A stretch of 64,000 bases of DNA, taken from assembly GCA_052139675.1 (NCBI GenBank), contig JBKQWE010000026.1, positions 2,703-66,702 on the forward strand, read 5' to 3'. A program made the translations under genes and the position numbers. The notes beneath the pieces are model-generated. The model was not told the DNA's origin and did no database searches. It saw only the letters and a list, made by a program, of their open reading frames with translations. Every line of letters starts with the position of its first letter. Position 1 is the stretch's first letter. The stretch comes from Candidatus Brocadiia bacterium (GTDB taxonomy: Bacteria; Planctomycetota; Brocadiia; CAIUPP01). Positions 33,770-43,442 of the stretch are shown here, one piece after another.

Positions 33770-35002
33770 CTAACCCTTATGCCAGCCCATTCGTTCGGCC
33801 ATCTCGCTGAGTAGGCTGCAGTACGCCAGCGTGTGGGCGACGGCGCTCAGCGGAAGGATGCGCACGCTGTAGCCGGGCACGTCAATCGCCGCATCGCCCG
33901 GCCGCCACGGCAGATCGAGCCAGAGCAGCCCCTCATGATCTTTCAGCGACGCGGGCCGCCCGTAAGGAGAAGTGTAGATGAACCGGATTCCCCGGCGCAG
34001 GATGGCGCCGACCTTCTGGACATCCACCGGCGCATAGCCCAGGTGGATGTACACGTCGCCCTTGCCCAGGTCGGCCGGCGTCGCGGTCGCCAAGTCGCTG
34101 TTGGTGGTTCCCCAGCGGACCGGGTAGTTGCTCTCCTTGGGCAGCCCGAGGATGTGCGGATAGGAGTGCCCGACGGCCGTCGCCGCGACGCGCTTCCCGG
34201 CGCGGTGCGCCTGGACCATCCAATCGCCGGCCCGCGTCAGCGCGCGCGACTGCCGATCGAGCGTCTCGATCATGGAATCAACCACCTGCAGATACTCCGC
34301 CGCGACGTGCCCGGCGGGCAGCGGCGGAACGTACCAGTCCTTGCTGTGGAAGAGCGGCACGAGCCACGGCTCGCGCCGGTTGCTCTCGTGCTGGGTGAGC
34401 GAAGTGTTGCGCGCGAGGGCGCCCTCGAGCCAGACGCTCATCCAGATCGCCGGCATCTGGCCCTTGCGGGTGCACGCGGCGATCATCTCGCCGGTGGTCA
34501 GCCAGCCGCGGACGAGCTGTTCGAACGGGCGGAAAGGCGCCAGCGGCCGATGCTCGCCCATCGCGTGCAGCCCTTCGTCGGCGCGCGCTCCGCCGGTGAA
34601 GCCGGCGATGCGGCGGCGGAGTTTCGCTTCCAGTTCGTCGGGGCGGCCGATGACGAAAAGCCGCCGGCGGCTGTTCAGTTGCTTCTGAAACGCCTCGTCC
34701 TCGGCCGGCTTCCACTGCCGGGGATCGGGCAGCCCGAAGAACGCAACGTCCTTGCTCACGCCGGGCCCTTCCGCCCAGCGGATGCCCATCAGCCCGCCGG
34801 CGCGGCCGGAGAACTCCGAGCGCGAGAAACTTCCCACCGGCGGCAGGGACAGATTTCCACCGGCCAGAAGCGGCTGGGCCATCCTCTCGCCTAGCCGGGT
34901 GAAATGCGCGGTCTCGCGCCGCACGGCGGCGGTCCGCCGGCTCGCCTCGGCCAGGAATTCCTGCGCCGGGGTGCGAGCGGTCTTCCGAGCTGCTCGTGGC
35001 AT
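33770..35002 (-). CDS. hypothetical protein
   Basis: Long ORF co-oriented with and 28 nt downstream of the SIS-domain gene. No family recognised. Confidence 0.45.
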   Translation of the reverse strand: MPRAARKTARTPAQEFLAEASRRTAAVRRETAHFTRLGERMAQPLLAGGNLSLPPVGSFSRSEFSGRAGGLMGIRWAEGPGVSKDVAFFGLPDPRQWKPAEDEAFQKQLNSRRRLFVIGRPDELEAKLRRRIAGFTGGARADEGLHAMGEHRPLAPFRPFEQLVRGWLTTGEMIAACTRKGQMPAIWMSVWLEGALARNTSLTQHESNRREPWLVPLFHSKDWYVPPLPAGHVAAEYLQVVDSMIETLDRQSRALTRAGDWMVQAHRAGKRVAATAVGHSYPHILGLPKESNYPVRWGTTNSDLATATPADLGKGDVYIHLGYAPVDVQKVGAILRRGIRFIYTSPYGRPASLKDHEGLLWLDLPWRPGDAAIDVPGYSVRILPLSAVAHTLAYCSLLSEMAERMGWHKG

Positions 35003-35029
35003 GGAACGTTCTCCTGAAGAGAGTTTCGG

Positions 35030-35791
35030 CTACAGGTCTTTGACGCGTGAGCGGTAGCGCTGGATCATCTCGCTGTTGAACGCATCGCCGCCGGGCAGAT
35101 TCGCGCTGCGGAAAATCGGCGGCTGCAAGCCGCGGCGGAGCATCTCCGTCACCGCCTCGATCACCATGCGATGCGCGATGTACGCATCCACCATCGTCGA
35201 GGTCGGCGCCAGCGCCACGTTGAATCCCTCCACCTTGAACGCCGCGTCGCCGTAGGGATTCTGATCGTCAATCGCCAGGTCGGCATAATCGAAGAGGTGC
35301 TTCTTGTTGGGATGGCGGATCGGGTGGTCGAGCGGCAGCTTGCGCCGCCAGTTCGAGGAGGAGATCGCGATGATCTTCGCCCCGCGCTTCTTGGCCTCTT
35401 CCGCCGCGTCAATCGTCGTGGGATTCATGCCGATATTGTGGAAGATGATCAGCAGGTCGTCGGCCCCGACGCCGTAGTAGCGGATGAGGCAGTTGGCGTA
35501 GCCGGTGGTGCGCTCGACCTCCAGGTACTTCAGCGCCTGGCAGACGGGCGTGATGTCGTGGCCGATGATCGGGTTGATGTTGGCCAGGCCGCCGGCGCGG
35601 AAGAACATCTCGAAGATCATCAGGCAGGTGTGCCCGCCGCCGCCATAGACGTGCACCAGCCGGTCCTGCTCATAGGCGTCGGCGATCATCGCGCCGGCGC
35701 GCACGAACTTCGCGGCGTTGCGCTTCTCGACCGACGCGAGCTTTGCGCCCACGTCCTTCAGATATTCCTGCCCGTAGTCGCGCTTGCGCAT
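35030..35791 (-). CDS. SIS (sugar isomerase) domain protein
   Basis: RLVHVYGGGGHTCLMIFEMFFRAGGL (P-loop-like SIS nucleotide/sugar-phosphate site), GADDLLIIFHNIGMNPTTIDAAEEAKKRGAKIIAISS. Confidence 0.65.
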   Translation of the reverse strand: MRKRDYGQEYLKDVGAKLASVEKRNAAKFVRAGAMIADAYEQDRLVHVYGGGGHTCLMIFEMFFRAGGLANINPIIGHDITPVCQALKYLEVERTTGYANCLIRYYGVGADDLLIIFHNIGMNPTTIDAAEEAKKRGAKIIAISSSNWRRKLPLDHPIRHPNKKHLFDYADLAIDDQNPYGDAAFKVEGFNVALAPTSTMVDAYIAHRMVIEAVTEMLRRGLQPPIFRSANLPGGDAFNSEMIQRYRSRVKDL

Positions 35792-35890
35792 GGCTGCATC
35801 CTTTCCGTTCCAGGAGCCGCACGAAAGGCCACATTCTGACGACTGGGGCCGCTCCGGTCAAGCAGTTCGGCGGCGGCCTGCCGCGGTTTT

Positions 35891-37051
35891 TCAGGAGGCA
35901 TCGTAACGGCCCTTCTCCAGCGCCGCCTTATACATCGCCGCCAGGTTCTCCTCGGGCACGCGCGGCGGAAGGTTGTTGGCTTCAGTGAGGATGAATCGCC
36001 CGCCGGTCTTGATCCCGCTTTCCAGGATCTCGCAGGTGCGATCGTAGACCTGCTGCGGCGTGCCGTGGAGCAGCAGCATGATGCCCGGGCCGCCGTTGAT
36101 CTGCACGCCGGGGCCGAGTTCCCTGCGCATGCGGGCGAAATCAACCGGAAAGCCGCTGTCCCACGTCTGGACGTTCAGCTCGTCGCGCAGGGTCTTCATG
36201 TGACGCATAACGTCGCCGCACAGGTGAATCCCGCGCGGCTTATCGGGGGCGAATTCATCCAGGTAGCGCTGGTGCCGCGGCATGACCATCCGCTTGTACA
36301 TGGCCGTGCTGATGAGCTGGATGGAATCATCGGCCAGCCCGCCGCCGAGGCTTTCGTCGTTCCAGTATTTCCGCCAGGCGCGCACCCGCTTGATGGCGGC
36401 GTCGGTCAGGTAGTCGAGCAACCGTTCGGCGTACTCCGGGTCCTCGGCCATGTCCGTCATCATGTCCGTCCCGCGCAGGTTCATGCCCGTCGTCAAAGGC
36501 CCGTCGGTGCCGGCCTGGTCGTACCGGCCGACCTTCACGGGCCGACCTTGAAATATATAGTCCTTCGCGATCTTGCCCATCTCCTCATAGAACCGCAGGC
36601 CGCGCCTGGAGAGCGGATTTTCGATCGGCCGGTCAATGTCCACGGCGAAGATGCTTTCCTTATTGGCGGCGGTGAGGAACGGCTGAGTATCGGGAATCTG
36701 GCCTTCGCGGAAATGCCACGCGGCGCCGAAGAAGGCCGCCTCGTGCGTGTTCAGCCAGCTCACCGAGGCGGTCCACTGATCCGGCAGGCCCGTCGGCGAA
36801 TCGCAATAGCGGTTGATCACCGTGCGGCGAAGGTGCTCGTGGTCGAGCGCGGCTTCCATCATCACGCGCGGATCATTGAAGATTTGCTCGAAAGTCACGC
36901 CGCTGCGGTTGAGCTTCGGGTCGAGCACAACGATGCGCGCGTTGCTGGAGATGGACACCGGCACGCGGATCGGCTTGCGCTCATTGAAGGCCTTCCAGAC
37001 GGCTTCCTTCTCGGCATTGCTGATCTGCGGAATTTCCCAAGACATTGTCAT
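35891..37051 (-). CDS. URO-D family protein (second copy; uroporphyrinogen decarboxylase / MtaA-like fold)
   Basis: TIM-barrel URO-D-like motifs (RVPVSISSN, GTDGPLTTGMNLRG, IHLCGD). Immediately downstream of secreted-family copy P5, mirroring the P1 and 4427..5530 arrangement. Confidence 0.55.
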   Translation of the reverse strand: MTMSWEIPQISNAEKEAVWKAFNERKPIRVPVSISSNARIVVLDPKLNRSGVTFEQIFNDPRVMMEAALDHEHLRRTVINRYCDSPTGLPDQWTASVSWLNTHEAAFFGAAWHFREGQIPDTQPFLTAANKESIFAVDIDRPIENPLSRRGLRFYEEMGKIAKDYIFQGRPVKVGRYDQAGTDGPLTTGMNLRGTDMMTDMAEDPEYAERLLDYLTDAAIKRVRAWRKYWNDESLGGGLADDSIQLISTAMYKRMVMPRHQRYLDEFAPDKPRGIHLCGDVMRHMKTLRDELNVQTWDSGFPVDFARMRRELGPGVQINGGPGIMLLLHGTPQQVYDRTCEILESGIKTGGRFILTEANNLPPRVPEENLAAMYKAALEKGRYDAS

Positions 37052-37086
37052 CGCCTGGATTCAGGTTGGCCGACGGTGACAGCCGG

Positions 37087-38325
37087 TCACTGGCCGGCTC
37101 CGGGCTTTCCGCTGAAGCGGAGGACCCATTGAGGCGTCCACAGGCCGCCCCAACCGCCCGGATTAAAGTTGGCTATAAAAATCTCCCGCAGCGTCGGGTC
37201 AAAGGGCGCCAGGGCTTCCCAGAGTTCCCCGGGCTCGTCCGCCCAGCGCGGGTCGGGCCGGCCGCCGTCAATCATCTGGAACTTCGCGTTCTTGACCTGC
37301 TTGTTCCACATGAAGTCCCGGTTCGTCGCGATGAGGCGCGCGATGTCCTCCTTCGTGAAGACCAGGCCGTGCTCGTACGCCTCCGCGATCGCGCCGGTAT
37401 CAATCCCGTAGTACTCGCCGTGCGGGTGGACGCCCACCCAGTGCTTCAGAGTGCCATCCGGATTATGGTCCCACGGAACGCCCGGGTCCCAGTAGTCCCA
37501 GACGAAATACTTGCCGTCGTCGCGCAGCTTCATGCGAGACCGCATCACCTGGAACCACTTCTCGGCGCGTTCCTTGTAGACGGGCTTGTGCGTCACGTCG
37601 TACATGGCGAGCATCCACTCGGCGATGAGGTTCTCCTTGTTGTCCGGCAGGGAGTTGCCGTCCGTCATTCTTCGTTCATATCCGCCCGGCTCGGTCCACT
37701 TGCCGGTCTGAGGATCAAACCCGAAGGGCGGGACGACCCAGATGCCGCCTTCTTTCGTATCGCGCCAGGCGCCGCGCGAATCCCATTTCTCGAAGGTTCG
37801 CTCCGCAAGCCGGAGGTACTCTTCGGCCTTGGCGCCGTACTTTTCTTTCAGCGCCGGCGTCTTGAGAATTTCGCCGGCCATCAGCGCCAGCGGGCGAAGG
37901 AACATCGCATCGCCCACCTCGACGTCCGTGTAGCGCTCTTTCACGCCGGGCGGAAGGTACTCGACGACGCCGTCGTCCGCCGGCTTGGGCCAGCCGATGT
38001 AGCCGTCCGGCTCCTTCACGCCGCGCTTGATGACCGAGTCGCCCCAATCCACCAGCCGGTCCACCCACTCGCGGTCGCCGGTGGCCATGTAGCCGTAATA
38101 GAAACCGTTCAGGAACGGGCTGACCAGCCAGCCGATCTCCTCGCCCGTCGCCTGGTCGCAATAGCGGTCCCTGCTCTCGCGGAGGATGTTCTGCTTCCAG
38201 CGCTGCATCCATTCTTTGGCGAGCGCCGGATCCAGCGCCTGGCCCTGGGCGATGGAAAAGCCGCAAGGAAGAACCCACGCGAGGAGCAGTCCGCAGAGCG
38301 CGCCGCGATACAATCTGTGTGACAT
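37087..38325 (-). CDS. secreted protein, same uncharacterised family (copy P5; subfamily B)
   Basis: Start ATG 38325 (MSHRLYRGALCGLLLAWVLPCGFSIAQGQA) with a GAAAGGG ribosome-binding site. The track's longer N-terminus was rejected. Confidence 0.7.
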   Translation of the reverse strand: MSHRLYRGALCGLLLAWVLPCGFSIAQGQALDPALAKEWMQRWKQNILRESRDRYCDQATGEEIGWLVSPFLNGFYYGYMATGDREWVDRLVDWGDSVIKRGVKEPDGYIGWPKPADDGVVEYLPPGVKERYTDVEVGDAMFLRPLALMAGEILKTPALKEKYGAKAEEYLRLAERTFEKWDSRGAWRDTKEGGIWVVPPFGFDPQTGKWTEPGGYERRMTDGNSLPDNKENLIAEWMLAMYDVTHKPVYKERAEKWFQVMRSRMKLRDDGKYFVWDYWDPGVPWDHNPDGTLKHWVGVHPHGEYYGIDTGAIAEAYEHGLVFTKEDIARLIATNRDFMWNKQVKNAKFQMIDGGRPDPRWADEPGELWEALAPFDPTLREIFIANFNPGGWGGLWTPQWVLRFSGKPGAGQ

Positions 38326-38385
38326 ATCGGCCCTTTCAGAAGCGATGCAAGTTCGTTTTGTGATTACCACAAGGCTGCGGCCGAG

Positions 38386-39915
38386 TCAAGGTCCCGCGTC
38401 GGCGACACAATGGATAAGTGCAGCCAGCAACCCCACCAGCGCGGCCTCCGAGTCCGGGCTGAAGATGGCCGAGTTGGAGCCGTACCCGCCCAACGGGAAT
38501 TCCGCCGCGGTGGGCAGATAACCCAGGTATCCGTTGCATTCCTCCGCGACGATCACGCGCATCGGCGCGCAGCGTTTCCTGAGTTCCACGCTGTAGGCGC
38601 CGAAGGGTTCGCCGGGCAGGCCGGCCAGCGCCACGTCCCCGATCCGCACCGCGAAGAGCGGATGTCGAACCGGCCCGCCGGCGAGCGCCTCGACGGTCAA
38701 GCCGGTCCAACTCAGATGCGTGTCCTCCGCCGTATAGCTCAGGCGTTCGATTTCGTCGGAAAGCGGTTTCAACCGCTTCCACTTGTCCGGAACATTTGAA
38801 GCCCGCACTTCATGGAACTCCCGGCGAACCGTTTCCCGGGCCTTGTTCGCCTGCTCCGCCGAACGCGGATAATCGTCCCGGACCGGCAGCTCGACGGTGG
38901 TCGAATCCGCCCGCATGTTCGTCACCGGCTGCCATATCGCCGCCCGCAGCGCCTCCAGCAATTGTCGCGCGACCTGTTCGCCGGTCCGTTCCGCCAGCGC
39001 CCGCGACTTTTCGCCGACCAGCGGCGCCTGGTCGCCGCAGGGGCCGGTGAAGAAAACCGCCCCGCCGCCGAATTCGCGCCCCAGCGCCCGGCGCAGATAA
39101 AACGGATAATCGCCGCTGTGATGGACGCTCCTGCCCTGGCGCGCCACGTTGGCCGTAATCGGATGCGCGGCCCAGCGGCTGATGCTGCCCAACGGCCGGC
39201 CATCGGCTGCCCTGAAAAAGATCCCCTGGATCAGCGGGTCGTCCGGCTCGTCCAGGGTCAAATCCCGAGGCACAGGCGGCAGCGGATCGCGCAACGGAGG
39301 CCATTGCGCGGACGCGGGATAAGGATGCCTCAGCGCAATCTCCGGCCCGACCATCAACCCCTTCAAGGCGAGTTCCAGCAGCTCCGCGCAGCCGGCCTGT
39401 CCGTCCGGGCGCACGTCGAAACCGTAATAGAAAGTGAAGGTCCCGACGCCGTCGAATCTCTTCCGCCGCTTGACCACGCCGGCCGGGCGCGGCGCCGTTT
39501 CGACATAAGCCATCGAGGCCGGTTGCGCCGCGCGCAGCGCCTGATCGGCGACTTCGGCAAACCGAGCGGCCAGCCGATCGAGATCGAACTCAGCCGGGCT
39601 GTCCAATGGAACGCCGTGGTTCTGCGTGCAGAACACGCCCACCTGTTCCGGCGTCGCGCCGATGGTCCGGGCGACCTGGTCCCGGATTCTCAGGCAGGTC
39701 GCCGGCAGCATGGAAAGCATGTCGCAGTTCATGACGGCGACCGGCGGGCGCCGGCCCTTGCGCAGGACCAGCGCGTTCGCCTCGATGTCGTCTTCAAACG
39801 GCAACGCCGTCGCCCACGTGCCTCGCAGGCTCGCCCGGCCGAAGCCGACACTTACGGCGTCGGCTTTGACGGCATGAGCTTTGGAAAGCATGGTACGCTC
39901 CACAGCGCAAGTCAA
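38386..39915 (-). CDS. neutral/alkaline ceramidase-like hydrolase (N-terminal domain homology)
   Basis: ANALVLRKGRRPPVAVMNCDMLSML...VFCTQNHGVP resembles the ceramidase_alk core (ARAFVF..VVFVSADL...ISGTHTHSGP). Start uncertain. Confidence 0.4.
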   Translation of the reverse strand: MTCAVERTMLSKAHAVKADAVSVGFGRASLRGTWATALPFEDDIEANALVLRKGRRPPVAVMNCDMLSMLPATCLRIRDQVARTIGATPEQVGVFCTQNHGVPLDSPAEFDLDRLAARFAEVADQALRAAQPASMAYVETAPRPAGVVKRRKRFDGVGTFTFYYGFDVRPDGQAGCAELLELALKGLMVGPEIALRHPYPASAQWPPLRDPLPPVPRDLTLDEPDDPLIQGIFFRAADGRPLGSISRWAAHPITANVARQGRSVHHSGDYPFYLRRALGREFGGGAVFFTGPCGDQAPLVGEKSRALAERTGEQVARQLLEALRAAIWQPVTNMRADSTTVELPVRDDYPRSAEQANKARETVRREFHEVRASNVPDKWKRLKPLSDEIERLSYTAEDTHLSWTGLTVEALAGGPVRHPLFAVRIGDVALAGLPGEPFGAYSVELRKRCAPMRVIVAEECNGYLGYLPTAAEFPLGGYGSNSAIFSPDSEAALVGLLAALIHCVADAGP

Positions 39916-40820
39916 TCCTCAAGGTTCAGCCGGCGCAGTTCCTCCGGCGCGAGTTGGACCTCCAGCGCCCGCAAGGCGCCGCGGAGATGATCGGCCGAGC
40001 TTGTCCCGATGATGCCGAAAGTCGGGAACGGCTGACAGAGCACGTAGGCGAGGGCGATGTTGATCGGCTGAACGCCGCGTTTTGCGGCCAGTTCCCTGGC
40101 GCGCGTCAGCCGCTGGAAATTGTCCTCGCTGTACCAGCAGCGGGCGAACTCCGGTTCCGAGCGGTCTCCCGGCTTCGCGCGCCCGGCGAAAAAGCCGCAC
40201 GCCTGGCTCGACCAGGAGACGAGCGGCATCTGCGTGCGGCGGAACCACTCGCGCGAGGGCGCGTCGGACGAGGCGAGGCATCCGCTCACCGGCGCCTCGA
40301 CCATCCGCGCGAGGCTGAAGTGGTTGCTGATCGCCGCAAAGCCGGCCAGGCCGCGCGAGCGCGCGTACTGGTTCGCGGCTTCGACGCGCTCGAGGCTCCA
40401 GTTCGATCCGCCGATGACGCGCATCCGCCCGGCCCGCCGATGCTCATCCAGCGCATCCACGAATTCACCGACCGGGACCTCTGGGTTGTCGCGGTGGAGC
40501 ATGTAGAGGTCCACGTAATCCGTCTGCAGGCGCTCCAGGCTCTCCATGAACTGAACGGTGAGGTCCTTCGGCGTGCAGAACGGCGTGTGCGCGCCCTTGT
40601 CGAGGATGATGACCCGCCCGCGGATATCCCGGCTCTTCACCCACTGCCCGAGGGTTTTTTCGCACGCCCCGTAGCCGTAGATCCAGGCGGTGTCGAAGCA
40701 GTTCCCGCCGGAGTTGATGAACTCATCGTAGACCACTTCCGCGCGCGCCAGGTCCTGGATCGCGCCCATGACCACGCGCGAGACGGGCGCTTCGATCCCC
40801 GGTATCCGGCCGAATTTCAT
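39912..40820 (-). CDS. aldo/keto reductase
   Basis: Start at MKFGRIPG. GNCFDTAWIYG, LDKGAHTP and IIGTSSADHLRGAL motifs of AKR family. Confidence 0.8.
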   Translation of the reverse strand: MKFGRIPGIEAPVSRVVMGAIQDLARAEVVYDEFINSGGNCFDTAWIYGYGACEKTLGQWVKSRDIRGRVIILDKGAHTPFCTPKDLTVQFMESLERLQTDYVDLYMLHRDNPEVPVGEFVDALDEHRRAGRMRVIGGSNWSLERVEAANQYARSRGLAGFAAISNHFSLARMVEAPVSGCLASSDAPSREWFRRTQMPLVSWSSQACGFFAGRAKPGDRSEPEFARCWYSEDNFQRLTRARELAAKRGVQPINIALAYVLCQPFPTFGIIGTSSADHLRGALRALEVQLAPEELRRLNLED

Positions 40821-41253
40821 ATGGCGGCCCTTTCCTGTGGCAATCACCTGCCGGGACCGGATACTAACCGCAGCCCGCCGATTATTCAAGCGGGCGGCGG
40901 CGCATAGGGGTTTTCCCTACGCCAAGAATGGGCGCGCGCCCGATTGATCGCCGCCGCCGGTCTGGTAAGATGCCGAATGTGGGGCGAGAGCCGGTCGCGA
41001 GGGTGTGCGGGAAGATGTGCGGGGGCAAACCCGGACGGCTGGATCGAAGCAAGGCGGTTCGACGTGGAAACGTCGAGCCGTCTTCTTTTTAACGGTCAGT
41101 TGGGCGCCTGCGGTTTGAGCGGTTCGGCCGGCCGAGGCGGCGGGCAGCAGGACAACCGGGATCGCCCGCTCCGGCGCGAATTCGATCCGCCGATTCTTGA
41201 CAGGTATGGACAGGCGGCGTAACATGACGCGGATCAATTTTAAGGAGTCCGGC

Positions 41254-42261
41254 ATGAAGATGCGTTTCAGCGGCATAATGCCCCAAGGCATCGAGAAGCT
41301 GTTCGTCCGCGACGACCTGCGCAGCGTGATGGCCGAGTTCGGCAGCTACACCGCGCACGCGTTCGACGGGGGCGCCGATCACACGGCGGAGTTGATCCCG
41401 CTCCTGCGCGAGACGGACGTGGCGCTGACGGCGTGGAGCAGCCCGCGCCTGCCGCTCGACATCCTGCGCGATAAACCGCGGCGGCTGAAGTACGTCTGCA
41501 ACGTCTCCGGCGGTCTCAAGGGCTGGATCCCCAGGGAATACATCGAGGCGGGAATCCTGGTGACGAACTGGGGCGACGGGCCGATGTGGTACCTGGCCGA
41601 GGGGAACCTGACGCTGATCCTGGCCTGCACGCGCGAGATGCCGCGCCTGCGCCGCCACATGCTCGAGCAGCCGACGTGGCTGTACAACTACGCCTCGCCC
41701 TATCCGACGCTCCGCCGGAAGACCGTCGGCTTCATGGGGTTCGGCGCGGTCGGGCGGCTGCTGCTCGGGCTGCTGGCGCCGTTCGAGGTCAAGGCCATCG
41801 CCTACGATCCCTACGTCGCCGCGCTGCCCGAACCGGTCGCGCGCTGCGGGACGCTCGAGGAGCTTTTTGAGCAGTCCGACGTCCTCACCATCCAGGCTGG
41901 CCTGACGGAGGAGACCACCGGGCTGGTCGGGCGCGCGCTGCTCGACCGGCTCAAGCGCAACGCCATTTTCATCAACACCGCCCGCGGCAAGATCGTGCGG
42001 GAGAAGGAGCTGATCGAGTTCCTGCGGGCCCGGCCGGACGTGTTTGCGGGGCTGGACGTTTTCGAGCAGGAGCCTACGCCGAAGGATTCGCCGCTGCTGC
42101 AGATGGACAACGTCATCTGCTATCCGCACAGCATCTGCGAGGTGGGCGAGGCGATGTTCGCGGAGTCCGCCAGCTACGCCGCGGCCAACATCCGCGCGTT
42201 CTGCACCGGCAAGCCGGTCGTCGCGCAGATCACGGCGGAGAAATACGGCCGCATGACGTAG
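41254..42261 (+). CDS. D-isomer-specific 2-hydroxyacid dehydrogenase family protein (NAD-binding)
   Basis: AAGGAG ribosome-binding site before ATG 41254. GFMGFGAVGRLL (GxGxxG), catalytic-domain pattern ...RGKIVRE...LDVFEQEP...YPHS. Confidence 0.75.
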   Translation: MKMRFSGIMPQGIEKLFVRDDLRSVMAEFGSYTAHAFDGGADHTAELIPLLRETDVALTAWSSPRLPLDILRDKPRRLKYVCNVSGGLKGWIPREYIEAGILVTNWGDGPMWYLAEGNLTLILACTREMPRLRRHMLEQPTWLYNYASPYPTLRRKTVGFMGFGAVGRLLLGLLAPFEVKAIAYDPYVAALPEPVARCGTLEELFEQSDVLTIQAGLTEETTGLVGRALLDRLKRNAIFINTARGKIVREKELIEFLRARPDVFAGLDVFEQEPTPKDSPLLQMDNVICYPHSICEVGEAMFAESASYAAANIRAFCTGKPVVAQITAEKYGRMT

Positions 42262-42309
42262 GCGGCCGCACGGCGCGCGGCCGGAGGCTGAACTCTGCCG
42301 TCCTGCGCC

Positions 42310-43146
42310 TTATGCCTTTGCCTTCTTCGCCTTTCCCTTCGTCGCTTCCTTCAGCAGCTTGCGGGTGAGCTTGACGTAGACAGGGAAGGCGACTTCCGGC
42401 TCTTCCAGATCCGGTTCCCACTTCTTTTCCCACTCGAAAGACAGGTACCGGTCGTATCCGGTGCTCATGATCAGCGCGAGCAGTTTCTTCAGGTCCAACT
42501 GGCCGGTGCCGGGCAGCTTGCTCTTGATCTTCCCGTCCACCATGGCGGCGTCCTTGAAGTGGACGTGCATGAGGCAATCGCGGAGGGCGGCGCAGGTGAT
42601 CTCCGGCGCTTCCGAGAAGTAGCCGTTGGCCGCGTCCCAGCAGGCGCCGACCCGCGGCGAGCCGACGGAGGCGATGAGGGCCTTCAGTCGAGCCCCGTTC
42701 GTCCAGTCGTCGTGCGTCTCCAGCGCGATGTTGACGCCGGTCTTCTCGGCAGCCCCGGCCACGCGCTTCACGCCTTCCGCCACGCGCGCCATGTTGGCCT
42801 TCTCGTCGAGCTGCTTGGAGAACACGCCGCCGAACAGCCGCAGCGTCGGGCAGCCGATGTCCTTCGCGGTCTCCAGGAAGCATTGCGCGAGCCGGATGCT
42901 CTCCTTGAGCTTGGCCGGATCGTCCATCGTGAAGCTGCTGTAGCCCATGATGGCGGCGATCTGGATGCCTTGCGAATCGAAGAGCTTGCGGATGCGCGCG
43001 CGCTCCGCAGGCGTCTCCTCCGGGCCGATGTGCTCGCCGGCGACGCCGCGCAGCTCGACGCCGTCGAAACCCATCGCCTTCGCGTTTGCGGCAATCTGCT
43101 CGAGCGTCCACTTGGGACATCCGAGCGTGGCAAAAGAAAGTTTCAT
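42310..43146 (-). CDS. sugar phosphate isomerase/epimerase (xylose-isomerase-like TIM barrel)
   Basis: Start MKLSFATLG. GFDGVEL, NIALETHDDWTNG and YDRYLSFEWE metal-site motifs. Confidence 0.75.
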   Translation of the reverse strand: MKLSFATLGCPKWTLEQIAANAKAMGFDGVELRGVAGEHIGPEETPAERARIRKLFDSQGIQIAAIMGYSSFTMDDPAKLKESIRLAQCFLETAKDIGCPTLRLFGGVFSKQLDEKANMARVAEGVKRVAGAAEKTGVNIALETHDDWTNGARLKALIASVGSPRVGACWDAANGYFSEAPEITCAALRDCLMHVHFKDAAMVDGKIKSKLPGTGQLDLKKLLALIMSTGYDRYLSFEWEKKWEPDLEEPEVAFPVYVKLTRKLLKEATKGKAKKAKA

Positions 43147-43302
43147 GCGGTCTCCTCCAAGGAATCCCTGCCGGGGGCGGCGGTCGCGTCCCAAAAGCCG
43201 GTCAAACGGGCAGCATCCTACGCCTGCCCGAATCACCTGTCAAGGAATGGAAGGCCAATTTTCTCGGAGTTTGGCGTTTCACGCACAAGTTCCATAACAC
43301 GC

Positions 43303-43390
43303 GGTCATTCCGAGCGCAGCGAGGAATCTCATACGCAGCGTGCGGGCAACGGTTTGTGGTATGAGACCCTTCGCTGCGCTCAGGGCGACG
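43303..43390 (+). repeat. ~90-nt palindromic repeat element, copy B
   Basis: About 85% identical to copy A (22496..22584) over its full length. Intergenic. Confidence 0.6.
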
Positions 43391-43442
43391 CAGTGTGGGC
43401 TTGTGCGCGTTGCTTCCGGAACACGATATTCGATGCGGCGGC

